Shown: positions 50,944 to 61,239, numbered from the stretch's first letter. The stretch: DNA of 64,000 nucleotides from an uncultured archaeon (GCA_000965745.1 CP009479.1:1760001-1824000); one strand, 5' to 3'. The notes: generated by a model not told the origin, from the letters alone. Program-made: numbers and translations.

Positions 50944-51090
50944 TTACATGTCCCCGCATAAAGCCTATGGAATCATGTTCATGTAATTTATTCAGGCATT
51001 GCGTTAAAATAACCATCTGCTGTTCATACTAATAATACACGCCTAACAGATTATATTTTAAAATATTAATGATGTTCCCGCTATTATATT

Positions 51091-51855
51091 ATGGGAGATA
51101 CTCTAAGTGATAAGATTGCAGTTATTACTGGGGCTGGCTCCGGCATAGGACGGGAGATGGCAATTCTATTCCATGCCGAAGGGGCAAAAGTAGTGATTGT
51201 GGATATAGACGGAGAAAGGCTCAAGGAAACTGCCTCCTTATTGCATACAGATGATGAGGGAGTCCGTTCCATGACGCTGGACCTCATGAAGCCGGAGAAT
51301 ACAAAGAAGATGATAGACGACACTGTAAAGGCGTACGGGAGAATAAACATCCTGTGCAATAATGCAGGAATCATGGATGGCGTCAAGGCAGCGGCTGAGA
51401 CCTCAGATGAATTATGGGGCAAAGTCTTTGATATCAACGTTAACGCACCGTTCAGGGCGATCAGGGAAGTGATACCGCACATGCAGAACCAGGGCCATGG
51501 GGTCATTCTCAATACAGGGTCCATTGCAGGCCTGCATGGCGGGCGGGCAGGTGCGGCCTACACCGCTTCAAAGCATGCACTGCTTGGGCTTACAAAACAC
51601 ACAGCTGCCTTCTATGGCCCGGAGGGCATAAGATGCAACGCAATGGCCCTGGGGGCTGTGGAAACGAATATAGGGTACGGAGCCGAGAAACCATCTGAAG
51701 TCGGAATCCAGGTGATGCAGAAGACATTTCCAGCTATGCCTGCCCCGGCCAATCCGAAAGAGATTGCAAGGCTTGCATTGTTTTTGGTGTCAGATCAGTC
51801 ATCGTACGTCAACGGATCTATTGTCGTCGCAGATGGCGGTTGGACTTCCTACTGA
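51091..51855 (+). CDS. Short-chain dehydrogenase/reductase
   Basis: TGAGSGIG, NNAG, YTASK, DGG. Confidence 0.93.
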   Translation: MGDTLSDKIAVITGAGSGIGREMAILFHAEGAKVVIVDIDGERLKETASLLHTDDEGVRSMTLDLMKPENTKKMIDDTVKAYGRINILCNNAGIMDGVKAAAETSDELWGKVFDINVNAPFRAIREVIPHMQNQGHGVILNTGSIAGLHGGRAGAAYTASKHALLGLTKHTAAFYGPEGIRCNAMALGAVETNIGYGAEKPSEVGIQVMQKTFPAMPAPANPKEIARLALFLVSDQSSYVNGSIVVADGGWTSY

Positions 51856-51975
51856 CACTGGGCTGGTTTCAAATCAGCCACACCACTCATTTTTGACTGC
51901 ACTAATAATCTCTGGTACAACAGGGCAGATCCTAGATGTTATAAAAAAGTAAAAATAAAAAAAAAAATATACGGC

Positions 51976-54900
51976 TCATGTCGTGCTGTATGACAACAGG
52001 TTGTATAGCAACAGATATGTGTCGGCGATCATTGTATTCCCCTGGTAGTTGGTCATATCACTGCTGCTGATCTTTGAACTTATTGTCCAGTGGTTGTGCT
52101 GCTGCCCGATATACACACGCATTGTAGTGTTTACGGCCAGACCGTTTGTTACATGGAACCATTTCTTTGCCAGCGCTGGATTTGTCGAATTATCCGTTCC
52201 GTTGTTGTATGCGCTGATTATCTGCCCCATTTGCGCAGCCTCTGTCGTGTTGTGTATGTAAGCAGACATGTTCCCGACAAAATACGGCGTAAACTGGTCT
52301 GCGCCCATGAAGAGAGACCCGTTCGTTGGGAGGCTCAGCGGGAGCAGGTAATCCGTTGGGTATGGGTAGTCTGGGTACCATGCGGCCCATCCGACCGGCA
52401 TCGGGTTCTGGTTCTGTGCAGTATACGCAATCACGTCAGTAAATGGTATGCTTATCACAGGGAAACTGGCACCCGGCATTATCTGGGCAAGGTCCTTGCT
52501 CCATGTGGTGGCGCCGGCAAGCACGCTCGGGTAATTCGTTGGCACAAAGAGCGGGACAACAAGCTGCTTGTTGTTGTAAAGCACTTTACCGTTGGAATAC
52601 GTAACATTCATTAAATTTCCAACGTCAGTCTGGCCAGCAGTGGAGGTCCCATGCAGGAAGTAGTTCAGGTATTTCTTCGCCTGGCTGATCTGGAATGGCT
52701 CTTTGCCATTTGCGTTGATCACTGGGGTTCCTGAGCTGATCATCTGCTGCTCTGTCTGGTTATACAGCATTCCTGGCGGAAGCATTCCCACATACGGCGA
52801 GAAGAACGTTGTATTGTATATCTTGTTCCCAACCTGGTAGTCGAAATACTCAGAATAGTTGAATGCGTATGAGAAGGCTTTCCTGACATTGGGGTTCATG
52901 AAGAACGATGCCGGGAGGTTAGCCTGCGAATATATCGAGTGCAGAATTGAAGTATTCACAAACAGGTTGTATGTGAAGAAATATATTCCAAGGGTCGAGA
53001 AGCCGTAGGTGCTCAGCTGGCCACTGTTTACCATGTCCTGTGTCTGGTTCCAGTACTGTGTCGAAAGGACTGCGTTCTGTGCCTGTCCCGACTTCAGCAG
53101 TAGATATGCCTGCTGGTTCGAGGACGAATAGAGTATGTTTATCCTGCTGATTGAAGGTGTCGGGTACCAAGGCCCGGGTGAAACAAAGTCCGGGTTTGCT
53201 GCGAGCGTGACCTGTGATCCGGGCACAATGTATGAAATCTTGTAAGGACCGTCTGGCATCACGTGATTCTGCACGTATATGTTGTAGTTTGCCTGGTTTC
53301 CATACGCCTTGTAATCCTGGAATCCCTTTGGTGTCCAGTTAATTCCCGCACCGTGGGCTTCAAGCCACTTGGCATCCATTATTGAGGTTCCCGGGCCTTC
53401 AAATATCTGATAGACAAGTTCCTGGGACATTGGAGTCTGGAAATGGAACGTTATGCTGTTGGTTGAATTGTCTACTGTCATGTTCTGCGTTATGTTGTAG
53501 AATGTGTTTGACACGTACAGGTTACCCGGAAGCAGGTACTGGGCAATGATCCATCCCGGGGTTCCCGGGGACCCGGCAGCAAACAGTATGTCCCTTGTAA
53601 GGGAATACATCACGTCCCACGCAGTGGTATTGTCACCATTGGCGAATTTTGTATTGTTGTTGATGTAGAATGTGTAATTCGTGCCGGGAGCAACTGTATA
53701 ATTGTACTTTACGCCTGAAGGTGTTGTTAGCTGGTTAGGCTGACCCGGATTGGTGGACGAATTCTGCCAGTTGGTGTTCACGCCTCCGTTGGATGCTGAA
53801 GGGAGCTTGGCCGCAAGAAGCGGTATGAAGCTGCTTGTTGATGTGCCGTTGTATGTGTCGAGTGGCAGCAGGGTATTGTAGAGAATTTCGGAATCTGCTG
53901 TGTAATAAGCTACTGCAGGGTCTAGCGTGTTGTATCCGCCCGAATATTGTGGTTCTGCATTTGTGAATGAGGTGGATGTTGCTGTCTGCTGGCTCACCGA
54001 TGACACCACGGGGAAGTCTATGAAGTAAGTTGTTGTTATTGTCCTGGAGCTGTCATACTGCCCATTGTTGAGCGGTATGGTAGTAGTGCCTTCCAGCGTG
54101 TATGTCACACTGACATTGCTTGCAGCACTGATGAATTTTATGACTGTTCCATTGTCCACTGTCACGCTCGTGTTCGCCCCGTAGAACAGGGATGTTGTAT
54201 GGGTGTCATTGAGCTGAGTAGTAGTCTTCGTGTTGAAGGTGAGGTTTGTGCCCTTGACAAGTGAAAGTTCAGTTGACGCATTCAGGGTGGCCGTGTTTCC
54301 GGCTGTTACCTGAAATGTTGTGCCTGTCTCATTCTTGTAGGTTACAGTCCCGTTTTCAACGGTTATGTTTGCCATAGTTCCCAGATACAAGGTTGACGGA
54401 GTTGTGTAATTGACACCGGAACCAGCGGCATAGGTTACATTTGTCCTCAAAAACTGCATTTCTGCCATTGAGATATTGGCAAGCCTTGTTCCTGATGCTG
54501 CTGTATAATTCTGGTTGGCTGTGAAGTTCATGACAACATTCTTCTGCACAGTTGTGACAACAGTCTGTGTTGTATTCACCGGAGCTGTTGTTGTGTTTAC
54601 CTCAAGGGAATATATGCCTGTTTTGAGGCCACCGTAAGCGACGCTCTGTATCGGTATTACATATCCTTTGCTCTGGAGATTGTACACATAGGGGACGTTC
54701 TGCTGGGATACGGTGGAAGTACTGTTCGACATCGTAAGTGTCTGTTCAACTATCTGGTAGCTTCCACCACCAACAGCTGGAAGGAAGTCAAGCACCGTGT
54801 GCGAGCCCGGGGTGAATATGTTGGACAGGTTGTTGACTAGTTGCGGTGATGAACTTATTGGATCAACAGAGAGTGACCTGTATGCATACTGGGCATTTGG

Positions 54901-55344
54901 AAAGTCCGGATTGACTTTAACAGGTTCCATGAAGTAACCCTGGCTGGAGCCATAATTGATGTCTGCAAATATGTAATACTCGCCCGGGTTCTTGTAGACA
55001 TGTTTCACCTGGAGAGTATTGCTGCCGCTGTAGCTTAATAGCTCACTGGTGCCGTCTCCAAAATATACTGTTGCATTCTGGAAAGTCTTTGTTGCTGTTA
55101 TGTTCGTTGTGTATGTGCTGTTCTGGTTGATTGCGCCTAGCTGGCTTGACAGGGTTGCACTGGGGGGGCTGCTCTGTGGAGCAGTGTAATGTGTCGCAAG
55201 CACACCACCCAGAACACCGATCACTGCCAGAAGTGCAATTATAACAGCAATCCACTTACCCGAAGATTTGCCTCCAGCAGGCCTTTTCACAGGCCCCACG
55301 GAAGGCTCTACGGAGTTTTTTTCGTTATTTTCTTTGCCGTTCAA
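51976..55344 (-). CDS. Family 5 (peptide/oligosaccharide) ABC substrate-binding protein with PKD domain and N-terminal anchor
   Basis: N-terminal TM, FGDG...HVYKNPGEY (PKD), TLDPAVAY, FANGD, GPY, VRKAFSYAFN, WYPDYPYP. Confidence 0.85.
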   Translation of the reverse strand: MNGKENNEKNSVEPSVGPVKRPAGGKSSGKWIAVIIALLAVIGVLGGVLATHYTAPQSSPPSATLSSQLGAINQNSTYTTNITATKTFQNATVYFGDGTSELLSYSGSNTLQVKHVYKNPGEYYIFADINYGSSQGYFMEPVKVNPDFPNAQYAYRSLSVDPISSSPQLVNNLSNIFTPGSHTVLDFLPAVGGGSYQIVEQTLTMSNSTSTVSQQNVPYVYNLQSKGYVIPIQSVAYGGLKTGIYSLEVNTTTAPVNTTQTVVTTVQKNVVMNFTANQNYTAASGTRLANISMAEMQFLRTNVTYAAGSGVNYTTPSTLYLGTMANITVENGTVTYKNETGTTFQVTAGNTATLNASTELSLVKGTNLTFNTKTTTQLNDTHTTSLFYGANTSVTVDNGTVIKFISAASNVSVTYTLEGTTTIPLNNGQYDSSRTITTTYFIDFPVVSSVSQQTATSTSFTNAEPQYSGGYNTLDPAVAYYTADSEILYNTLLPLDTYNGTSTSSFIPLLAAKLPSASNGGVNTNWQNSSTNPGQPNQLTTPSGVKYNYTVAPGTNYTFYINNNTKFANGDNTTAWDVMYSLTRDILFAAGSPGTPGWIIAQYLLPGNLYVSNTFYNITQNMTVDNSTNSITFHFQTPMSQELVYQIFEGPGTSIMDAKWLEAHGAGINWTPKGFQDYKAYGNQANYNIYVQNHVMPDGPYKISYIVPGSQVTLAANPDFVSPGPWYPTPSISRINILYSSSNQQAYLLLKSGQAQNAVLSTQYWNQTQDMVNSGQLSTYGFSTLGIYFFTYNLFVNTSILHSIYSQANLPASFFMNPNVRKAFSYAFNYSEYFDYQVGNKIYNTTFFSPYVGMLPPGMLYNQTEQQMISSGTPVINANGKEPFQISQAKKYLNYFLHGTSTAGQTDVGNLMNVTYSNGKVLYNNKQLVVPLFVPTNYPSVLAGATTWSKDLAQIMPGASFPVISIPFTDVIAYTAQNQNPMPVGWAAWYPDYPYPTDYLLPLSLPTNGSLFMGADQFTPYFVGNMSAYIHNTTEAAQMGQIISAYNNGTDNSTNPALAKKWFHVTNGLAVNTTMRVYIGQQHNHWTISSKISSSDMTNYQGNTMIADTYLLLYNLLSYSTT

Positions 55345-55590
55345 GATAATTTTCCTCCATTAGAATTGAACATTGTTCGCACGTCGCATGCGAAACGTAC
55401 TAGTTAAATCTTTACTTCTCAATCCGGTTTTACAAAGGTTTTCCTGGAAGATTCATAGACATGTAGCACTATTATTATTTTCTTCTAATGTTTTTCATTC
55501 AATTGTCAGACAACACAGTTACCCGAGCTCACGAACTTGATAGATTGCAGCCTTGAAGCTAAATGTAATTATATTTTGCCTAAAATAAAT

Positions 55591-55601
55591 CTGTCTGACA
55601 G
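55591..55601. promoter_or_regulatory. Palindrome CTGTCTGACAG just upstream of the TATA-like box of the vWA gene
   Basis: Related copies at 55503-55513, 63434-63442 and 48211-48220. Confidence 0.4.
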
Positions 55602-55635
55602 CTAAGATTATATTGTTTCATTATTATGGGGTCGC

Positions 55636-56460
55636 ATGACCTATTCATCCGAAATAAGCAGGAAGAATCCTGGACTATTCATTTTTCTCATAGACCAGTC
55701 TAGATCGATGAGCCACAAGATTGGCGGCAGCGACAGGTCGAAAGCGATAGAAGCTGCTGATGCAATAAACAGGCAGTTGAACGAATTGATTAACAGATGC
55801 ACCAAATCCGAAGGAATCAGAGATTACTTTGAAATCGGCATCATAGGATATGGGGGTGCAAGAGGACAGGCGTTCTCACTTCTCAAGGATTCGACTCTTG
55901 TGCCGATCAGCGAACTTGAGTCCAGAATACTCAAAATGGAAAACAGGACACAGGTAATAGAAGACCAGGAGGTCGAATACGAACTGCCGATATGGTTTGA
56001 ACCCATTGCCGCAAGCGATACTCCAATGGTCAAGGGCCTTCAGTTGGCTGAGGAATGGGCCAAAGACTGGGCTGCAGAGCATCCTGAATCATTCCCGCCC
56101 ATAATTATAAACATTTCTGACGGGGAAGCTACAGATGGCAACCCAATGGACGTAGCGGGCAACATTTTCTCAATATCCACTTCAGATGGAGATGCAATGA
56201 TCTGGAACTGCCACCTTTCAAGCAACAAAATTGAGCCAGTTTCTTTTCCAAACGACTCATCCAGCCTTCCTGAGGACAGGTACGCCCAGACCATGTTCCA
56301 GATGTCCAGCACACTGCCGGACAACATGGTTGCCATTGCCAGAGAGGAATATACTGATGTTGAGGATGGTGCCAAGGGCTACGTATTTAACGCCCAGCTC
56401 GAGGACCTGATCAAACTTCTGGACATAGGAACAAGAGCAGTTTCCTCGCTGATGCGATGA
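55636..56460 (+). CDS. vWA-domain protein (TerY-like)
   Basis: MIDAS motif DQSRSM, DTPM, NISDGEATD. Confidence 0.88.
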   Translation: MTYSSEISRKNPGLFIFLIDQSRSMSHKIGGSDRSKAIEAADAINRQLNELINRCTKSEGIRDYFEIGIIGYGGARGQAFSLLKDSTLVPISELESRILKMENRTQVIEDQEVEYELPIWFEPIAASDTPMVKGLQLAEEWAKDWAAEHPESFPPIIINISDGEATDGNPMDVAGNIFSISTSDGDAMIWNCHLSSNKIEPVSFPNDSSSLPEDRYAQTMFQMSSTLPDNMVAIAREEYTDVEDGAKGYVFNAQLEDLIKLLDIGTRAVSSLMR

Positions 56461-57185
56461 TTTCCGTAAAGGAATTTCATCGCCCCAAACTGGGTAACAG
56501 CGATGATGAGTACGAAGATGCCTTTGCATGCAACTTTAAGAACAGGAGATTCGCCATAGCTGATGGTGCAAGCGACTCAATTTTTTCCAGTATATGGGCT
56601 AATGCCCTCGTTAAGGCGTTTTCAGACTCAACTCTTCCATTTTCCAGGGAAAGTGCCTTTCTGAGGAATATAATCTATATGGCCAGAAAGACCTGGTACA
56701 ATAATATCGAATGGGATTCCCTTAAGCTCTTTGTCAAGAACAAGGCACTCAAGGGGTCTTTTTCAACCTTCCTTGGTGTGCAGATAGACCCTTCAGGGCT
56801 CAACTACCATTACAGGGCAATAGCAGTCGGGGATTCATGCCTCTTCCTCAGGAACAATGATGATATCACAGGTTTCCCGATAAATGACCCTTCTAAGTTC
56901 AATATCACTCCAAAACTTATATGGAGTGGCTATGGAAGTCCGTTTCCTGAGGACTACAACACAAAACTTCCAGAGATAAAATACTACGAGGGCAAGATAA
57001 AGCCCGGCGAACAGATGCTTATGGCCACCGATGCCATTTCAAAATGGGTGCTTGAAAACTCTCCAAAGTCATTTGACCGGCTCTGCAGGATGGATGACCC
57101 TTACAGGTTCATTACGGGAATGCTTGAGGCCAGGGAGCTGAGAAATGATGATGTCACATTTTCCGCCATCACTTTAGAGATGTGA
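56457..57185 (+). CDS. PP2C-like phosphatase (TerY-P type)
   Basis: EDA, AIADGAS, VGDSC, ATDAI, RNDDVT; ATGA overlap with the vWA gene. Confidence 0.88.
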   Translation: MISVKEFHRPKLGNSDDEYEDAFACNFKNRRFAIADGASDSIFSSIWANALVKAFSDSTLPFSRESAFLRNIIYMARKTWYNNIEWDSLKLFVKNKALKGSFSTFLGVQIDPSGLNYHYRAIAVGDSCLFLRNNDDITGFPINDPSKFNITPKLIWSGYGSPFPEDYNTKLPEIKYYEGKIKPGEQMLMATDAISKWVLENSPKSFDRLCRMDDPYRFITGMLEARELRNDDVTFSAITLEM

Positions 57186-58545
57186 TTCTGCCAGGTGAAG
57201 CACCGTCCCAGAGTGGGTCTTTTCCCAATGCCTGATAGAGCAGCTTACCCAGTTTCCCGAGTTTTCCCTTCATTTTCATTATCTCTGCAAGAAGTTCCGA
57301 ATTGGAAGGATCCTTGAAGTCTGCGGCCGAAAAAATCAGCTTGTCCCCGTCACTGCCATTGTAATCCCAAAGGTCTGGCTTCTCATATAGTGCAAGCAGG
57401 GAGGTGTATATTACAAGGAGGGAAAAATTGTCAAGGGAGCTGGAAAAATGCTCATTTCTGCCTGGATGCTGAAAATTGTCATGCCCTTTCTCGGGGGCCT
57501 TCCTTTTGGAGAATGCAGGAACATACATGCCGTCGTAGTCGATGAGCATCAGGTTGCCTGAAGGTCCAACCAGAATATTGTCTCCGGAAAGGTCTCCGTG
57601 CGCAAGTCCGTTAGCCTGAAGATCAGTGACCATGCCTAGAACACTTTCAGCCGCATTCTTCAGTGCCTTCGAGTCATTCAGGCTCTCTGAAATAAATTCG
57701 TTAAGGCTTCTTCCGGTGATCCATTCCATCTTCAATACCGGATAATACTGTTTTGGATTGGTCAACAGGCGCACTGCACTCATAAGGTACTGGAAATCAA
57801 CTAGAAATGGAAGCTTCAGGGCAGCAATGTAATGGCCAATGTAATAATACCTTTCGGCAAGCCCCGTTGCAGCCCTTGTGAAGCATTTTATTGCGTAAGA
57901 CTTTCCATTGGCGTTCAATTTGAATACCGTTCCGAAATTACCTGATCCAAAGATGTATGACGTGTATTTGACGTTTGTATTCTTTTCCAGCTGTCCGTCC
58001 CTCAGTTCCATGTAATCTGGTGAAACGCTGAATTTAAGGTTCTGGAACGCTTGCGCGTAGGAACTTGAATTTGGCCATGATTTTATATCTTCGCCTTTGA
58101 ATTTTTCAGGGACCTTTGGCACCCTGATCTGCCTGGGCTTTCCTGCCTGGCTGCGGTCGGAAGCATGCCCTTTTCCATTGTTTTTCCTGGCAGGGCTGAC
58201 CACGTTAAATGATATGTCGTTAAGAACAGCATAACCCCTCCTTCCGTAAGCAGCGACTGATGCCATGTGCTGCCCTGCCTCCCTCGTGCTGAAGGTGACA
58301 AGGTATCCTCCGTTATTACGATCAGCTTTTATTATGCGGCTTCTGCCTGAGGGCTCGACTATAGCAACATCGATGCGGTTGAATATACCATCCTCTGATA
58401 AGGCGATCCTGACCTTTTGCAGATTGCTTATATTCACTTCCTTCAGGAACTCAATATCCACATTCCTGTTTTCAAGATGTTTCACCTTACCGGCTTTCTT
58501 TACCGGTTTTCTTGAAGTAGTGGGGCTCTTGGCTTTAGCAGGCAT
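57169..58545 (-). CDS. Ser/Thr protein kinase with N-terminal Ig/filamin-like domain
   Basis: GSGNFGTVFK, AIK, MEW, HGDLSGDN, IDYDG, FQHP; start reset to ATG 58545. Confidence 0.88.
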   Translation of the reverse strand: MPAKAKSPTTSRKPVKKAGKVKHLENRNVDIEFLKEVNISNLQKVRIALSEDGIFNRIDVAIVEPSGRSRIIKADRNNGGYLVTFSTREAGQHMASVAAYGRRGYAVLNDISFNVVSPARKNNGKGHASDRSQAGKPRQIRVPKVPEKFKGEDIKSWPNSSSYAQAFQNLKFSVSPDYMELRDGQLEKNTNVKYTSYIFGSGNFGTVFKLNANGKSYAIKCFTRAATGLAERYYYIGHYIAALKLPFLVDFQYLMSAVRLLTNPKQYYPVLKMEWITGRSLNEFISESLNDSKALKNAAESVLGMVTDLQANGLAHGDLSGDNILVGPSGNLMLIDYDGMYVPAFSKRKAPEKGHDNFQHPGRNEHFSSSLDNFSLLVIYTSLLALYEKPDLWDYNGSDGDKLIFSAADFKDPSNSELLAEIMKMKGKLGKLGKLLYQALGKDPLWDGASPGRITSLK

Positions 58546-58624
58546 CTGAATGGAGGTAGTATATACATAAAATATAAAACGTTCCTTTGTCCGGCATGAT
58601 TCGCATGTTCGGCCAATTACAAAT

Positions 58625-59170
58625 TCATGGTATTGAATAGCTAAAAGGGAAGTAGGTCGAAACAACAAATACTAGCACAATGAATGATAGCTGAAGGACG
58701 AGGAGATTAACGACATTCTTTTCAAGCACCACAAAATGTGCTATGCTCTGATTCTTGATCTTCTGTTCGAGTGAGGTGTATATCGACGAATACATGCCCA
58801 TTCTCGGCAGTAGCATACCCTCTCCCACGACGACGTACGCCACGATAATGAGGAGTTGGACCGTGAAAACATTCAAGGGGGAGAACCTTTCCAGAATCGC
58901 CAACGGAGATGCAAACGGGAAGAAAAATTCGGCAATGCCCATAATAACTGCCAGAATGCCCCAGCCCCTGATATAAAGCCTGCTTTTCCTGTAGATGCTG
59001 GCATTTGCAGTAACTCTAGTCTCTCCCTGGAACTGCCTGACAGCCGGAACCAAAACTATCAGCAGGAATATGATCGCCCCTGCCCAAGCCGCGAGGGATA
59101 TCGATTTCAGGATTCCAACTGCCAAGCTCAAGATGTGCAGGTCCATTAGCGGAGTCTTAATCGGATACAT
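58625..59170 (-). CDS. 4-TM membrane protein (CopD/DUF4149-like)
   Basis: AAWAGAIIF...VLVPA and four helices. Confidence 0.6.
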   Translation of the reverse strand: MYPIKTPLMDLHILSLAVGILKSISLAAWAGAIIFLLIVLVPAVRQFQGETRVTANASIYRKSRLYIRGWGILAVIMGIAEFFFPFASPLAILERFSPLNVFTVQLLIIVAYVVVGEGMLLPRMGMYSSIYTSLEQKIKNQSIAHFVVLEKNVVNLLVLQLSFIVLVFVVSTYFPFSYSIP

Positions 59171-59289
59171 ATAATAAAGGTTCGTCGCATTGAATCGATG
59201 AGAAGGCAGGCATTACAGTTTTGTGCACATAGTACAGCTACCAGCGCAAGAGCTTAATAGAATAATTATGATTAATGTCCTGTATCAAC

Positions 59290-59613
59290 ATGGGTACAAA
59301 GAAGAACGTGGCATTCATCATGGCATTCGCGCTGGCCATAGTCACTGTAGAGGTTGTAAATTTTTTCTTCATCTCATGGAAGGCAATATTGAGTTTCCCA
59401 ATGCTTTTCCTGCTTATCAGGCCCGTTGAGCAGGAGCGAAGGAGAAGGGAGAGACTTCTGCAATGGTGTGTCAATTGTGGCCACAAGATAAAGGCGTACC
59501 AGAACAGGTGGAAGCACTTTGACGGAAAGATAAGGACTCGGTTGTGCATGCACAAAGGGTGTGACTGCATGCTTCCGGAGTATGCGCAGCCCTACACGAC
59601 AATTGCAAGCTGA
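59290..59613 (+). CDS. Small membrane-anchored protein with Cys/His cluster
   Basis: Two TM helices, then CVNCGH...H...CMHKGCDC. Confidence 0.55.
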   Translation: MGTKKNVAFIMAFALAIVTVEVVNFFFISWKAILSFPMLFLLIRPVEQERRRRERLLQWCVNCGHKIKAYQNRWKHFDGKIRTRLCMHKGCDCMLPEYAQPYTTIAS

Positions 59614-59642
59614 CCGGAAATTTTTCGGAGGAAAAATAATCT

Positions 59643-60410
59643 CTATTTTACTGCAACCAGTATGCGGTCATTGGAATATTGCCACACGACGTCTATGAAC
59701 CTGAACCCTGCCTGTTTCAAGTAATCGATGTGCCTGTTCAGAGATACCATCTGGTTGTGATTATCCGGATTGGAGTATCTTCTAGCCCTCTCTTCAAGAA
59801 GGCCGTTGAATTTTTCATTATCCCTGATCTTTGACCACCACTGTTCCCAGTTCGGTGCCTTGTTCTCTGCAAATGAACGCTCACTCCATCTCTCATTCGC
59901 TTTGTGCACGAGATCGTGAACCCTGTCCACTCTTTCCTCAAGGATCATGTGGTCTCCATTCATGAATATCCCGCCCTCCTTGAGAACAGAATATATGTTC
60001 CTATACAGGTTCCTTAGGCTGTCAGCACCAAGCCAGTGCAGTGCCGTGGTGCTCATTGCACAATCAAACGGGCCGGGCGTTAACTCACCTGGCCAATCGT
60101 TCTTGCGAAGGTCTCCTTCAATCCAACTGACCCTGTCACCATATGCAGACATGGAGTTTCGGCCAATTGCCAGGAGTACAGGATCAAAGTCAACTGAGTT
60201 TACCCTTGATTCGGGAAACCTGTCCAACAGTCTTCTACTGAGAGATCCTGGGCCGCATGCTACGTCCAGGCCTTTAAAATCACCCCCAAAAGCCTGCTCA
60301 GCAATATCCAGCATTATGCCGAACCTTGTCTCCCTGAACCTGATGTGGGAGTTTTGCTGACTTTCCCAGCTGCTGACAAGCTGATTGAGGGTTTCGGGTT
60401 CAATTTCCAT
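59643..60410 (-). CDS. Class I SAM-dependent methyltransferase
   Basis: LDVACGPG, VDFDP, STTALHW, GGIFMNGDH. Confidence 0.9.
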   Translation of the reverse strand: MEIEPETLNQLVSSWESQQNSHIRFRETRFGIMLDIAEQAFGGDFKGLDVACGPGSLSRRLLDRFPESRVNSVDFDPVLLAIGRNSMSAYGDRVSWIEGDLRKNDWPGELTPGPFDCAMSTTALHWLGADSLRNLYRNIYSVLKEGGIFMNGDHMILEERVDRVHDLVHKANERWSERSFAENKAPNWEQWWSKIRDNEKFNGLLEERARRYSNPDNHNQMVSLNRHIDYLKQAGFRFIDVVWQYSNDRILVAVK

Positions 60411-60612
60411 TGCTTTGCTATACGATAGTTTGTGATGAATCTTGCCGTTGCCCGCTTTATAAATCCATATGAACAATTCCTCTAGAATTCAATTTCATAT
60501 GTCTAATTCGATCCGCTTTATAAAACGACTTGGGATATATATTCAGGACACCACAAGAAAGAGCAAGCTACGATCTACTGATGTCCTGAACACCCACGGG
60601 GTAAGGAAATTG

Positions 60613-61239
60613 ATGTCGAGAGGGAAATATGATGCAAGAAAGTATGCCATCCTAGGTGTAGCCATCTTAATCTCCTCGGCTATAATCCTGCCCTTGGCCA
60701 CAGGAGATGTTGTAGTTAATGGAAACCTTTCCATGACACAGACCTATGTGCCGCCCTCCATCACAGTTAACGAGACGAACCAGAGCTATAAGGGAGCAAC
60801 GTTTGTTTTTAATACTACAGTCCAGAACGGGACAACGATCTCCACCCTCCAGGTGCACCTCAATTTCAAGCTGAATGGCAGCCAGAATTTTACAACCCTG
60901 CTGCTGAATGTTCTGCAAGTTTTCAACACGGGCAACATAACCGGGAACTTCTCAGTCATAATAGAGAAGAGTGCCCAGGCAGGGACCAACAAGACCCTTA
61001 ACAGCACGTATACCGATGCGATGCACGTTTACATGAGCCATGCTTACCAGAACAGCAGCAACATGGGAACGCAATTGTATAACAACACGCTCTATTACTT
61101 CCCGTTCTATCCTTTCGATAACGTCATTCCCATGTATTACATAGGGATGAATTACACCGAGCCACCACTTCCTCCGTCTGGAACTGATATCAATTCAATC
61201 CAGCAGTTCATTACCTTCACCTTCACGGTTGTCAGTTGA
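60613..61239 (+). CDS. Secreted fibre-subunit-like protein, distant paralogue 4
   Basis: Signal peptide LPLATG|DVVVNG; NVLQV and YYIG...PP motifs shared with 42107-43954; many N-x-S/T sequons. Confidence 0.7.
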   Translation: MSRGKYDARKYAILGVAILISSAIILPLATGDVVVNGNLSMTQTYVPPSITVNETNQSYKGATFVFNTTVQNGTTISTLQVHLNFKLNGSQNFTTLLLNVLQVFNTGNITGNFSVIIEKSAQAGTNKTLNSTYTDAMHVYMSHAYQNSSNMGTQLYNNTLYYFPFYPFDNVIPMYYIGMNYTEPPLPPSGTDINSIQQFITFTFTVVS

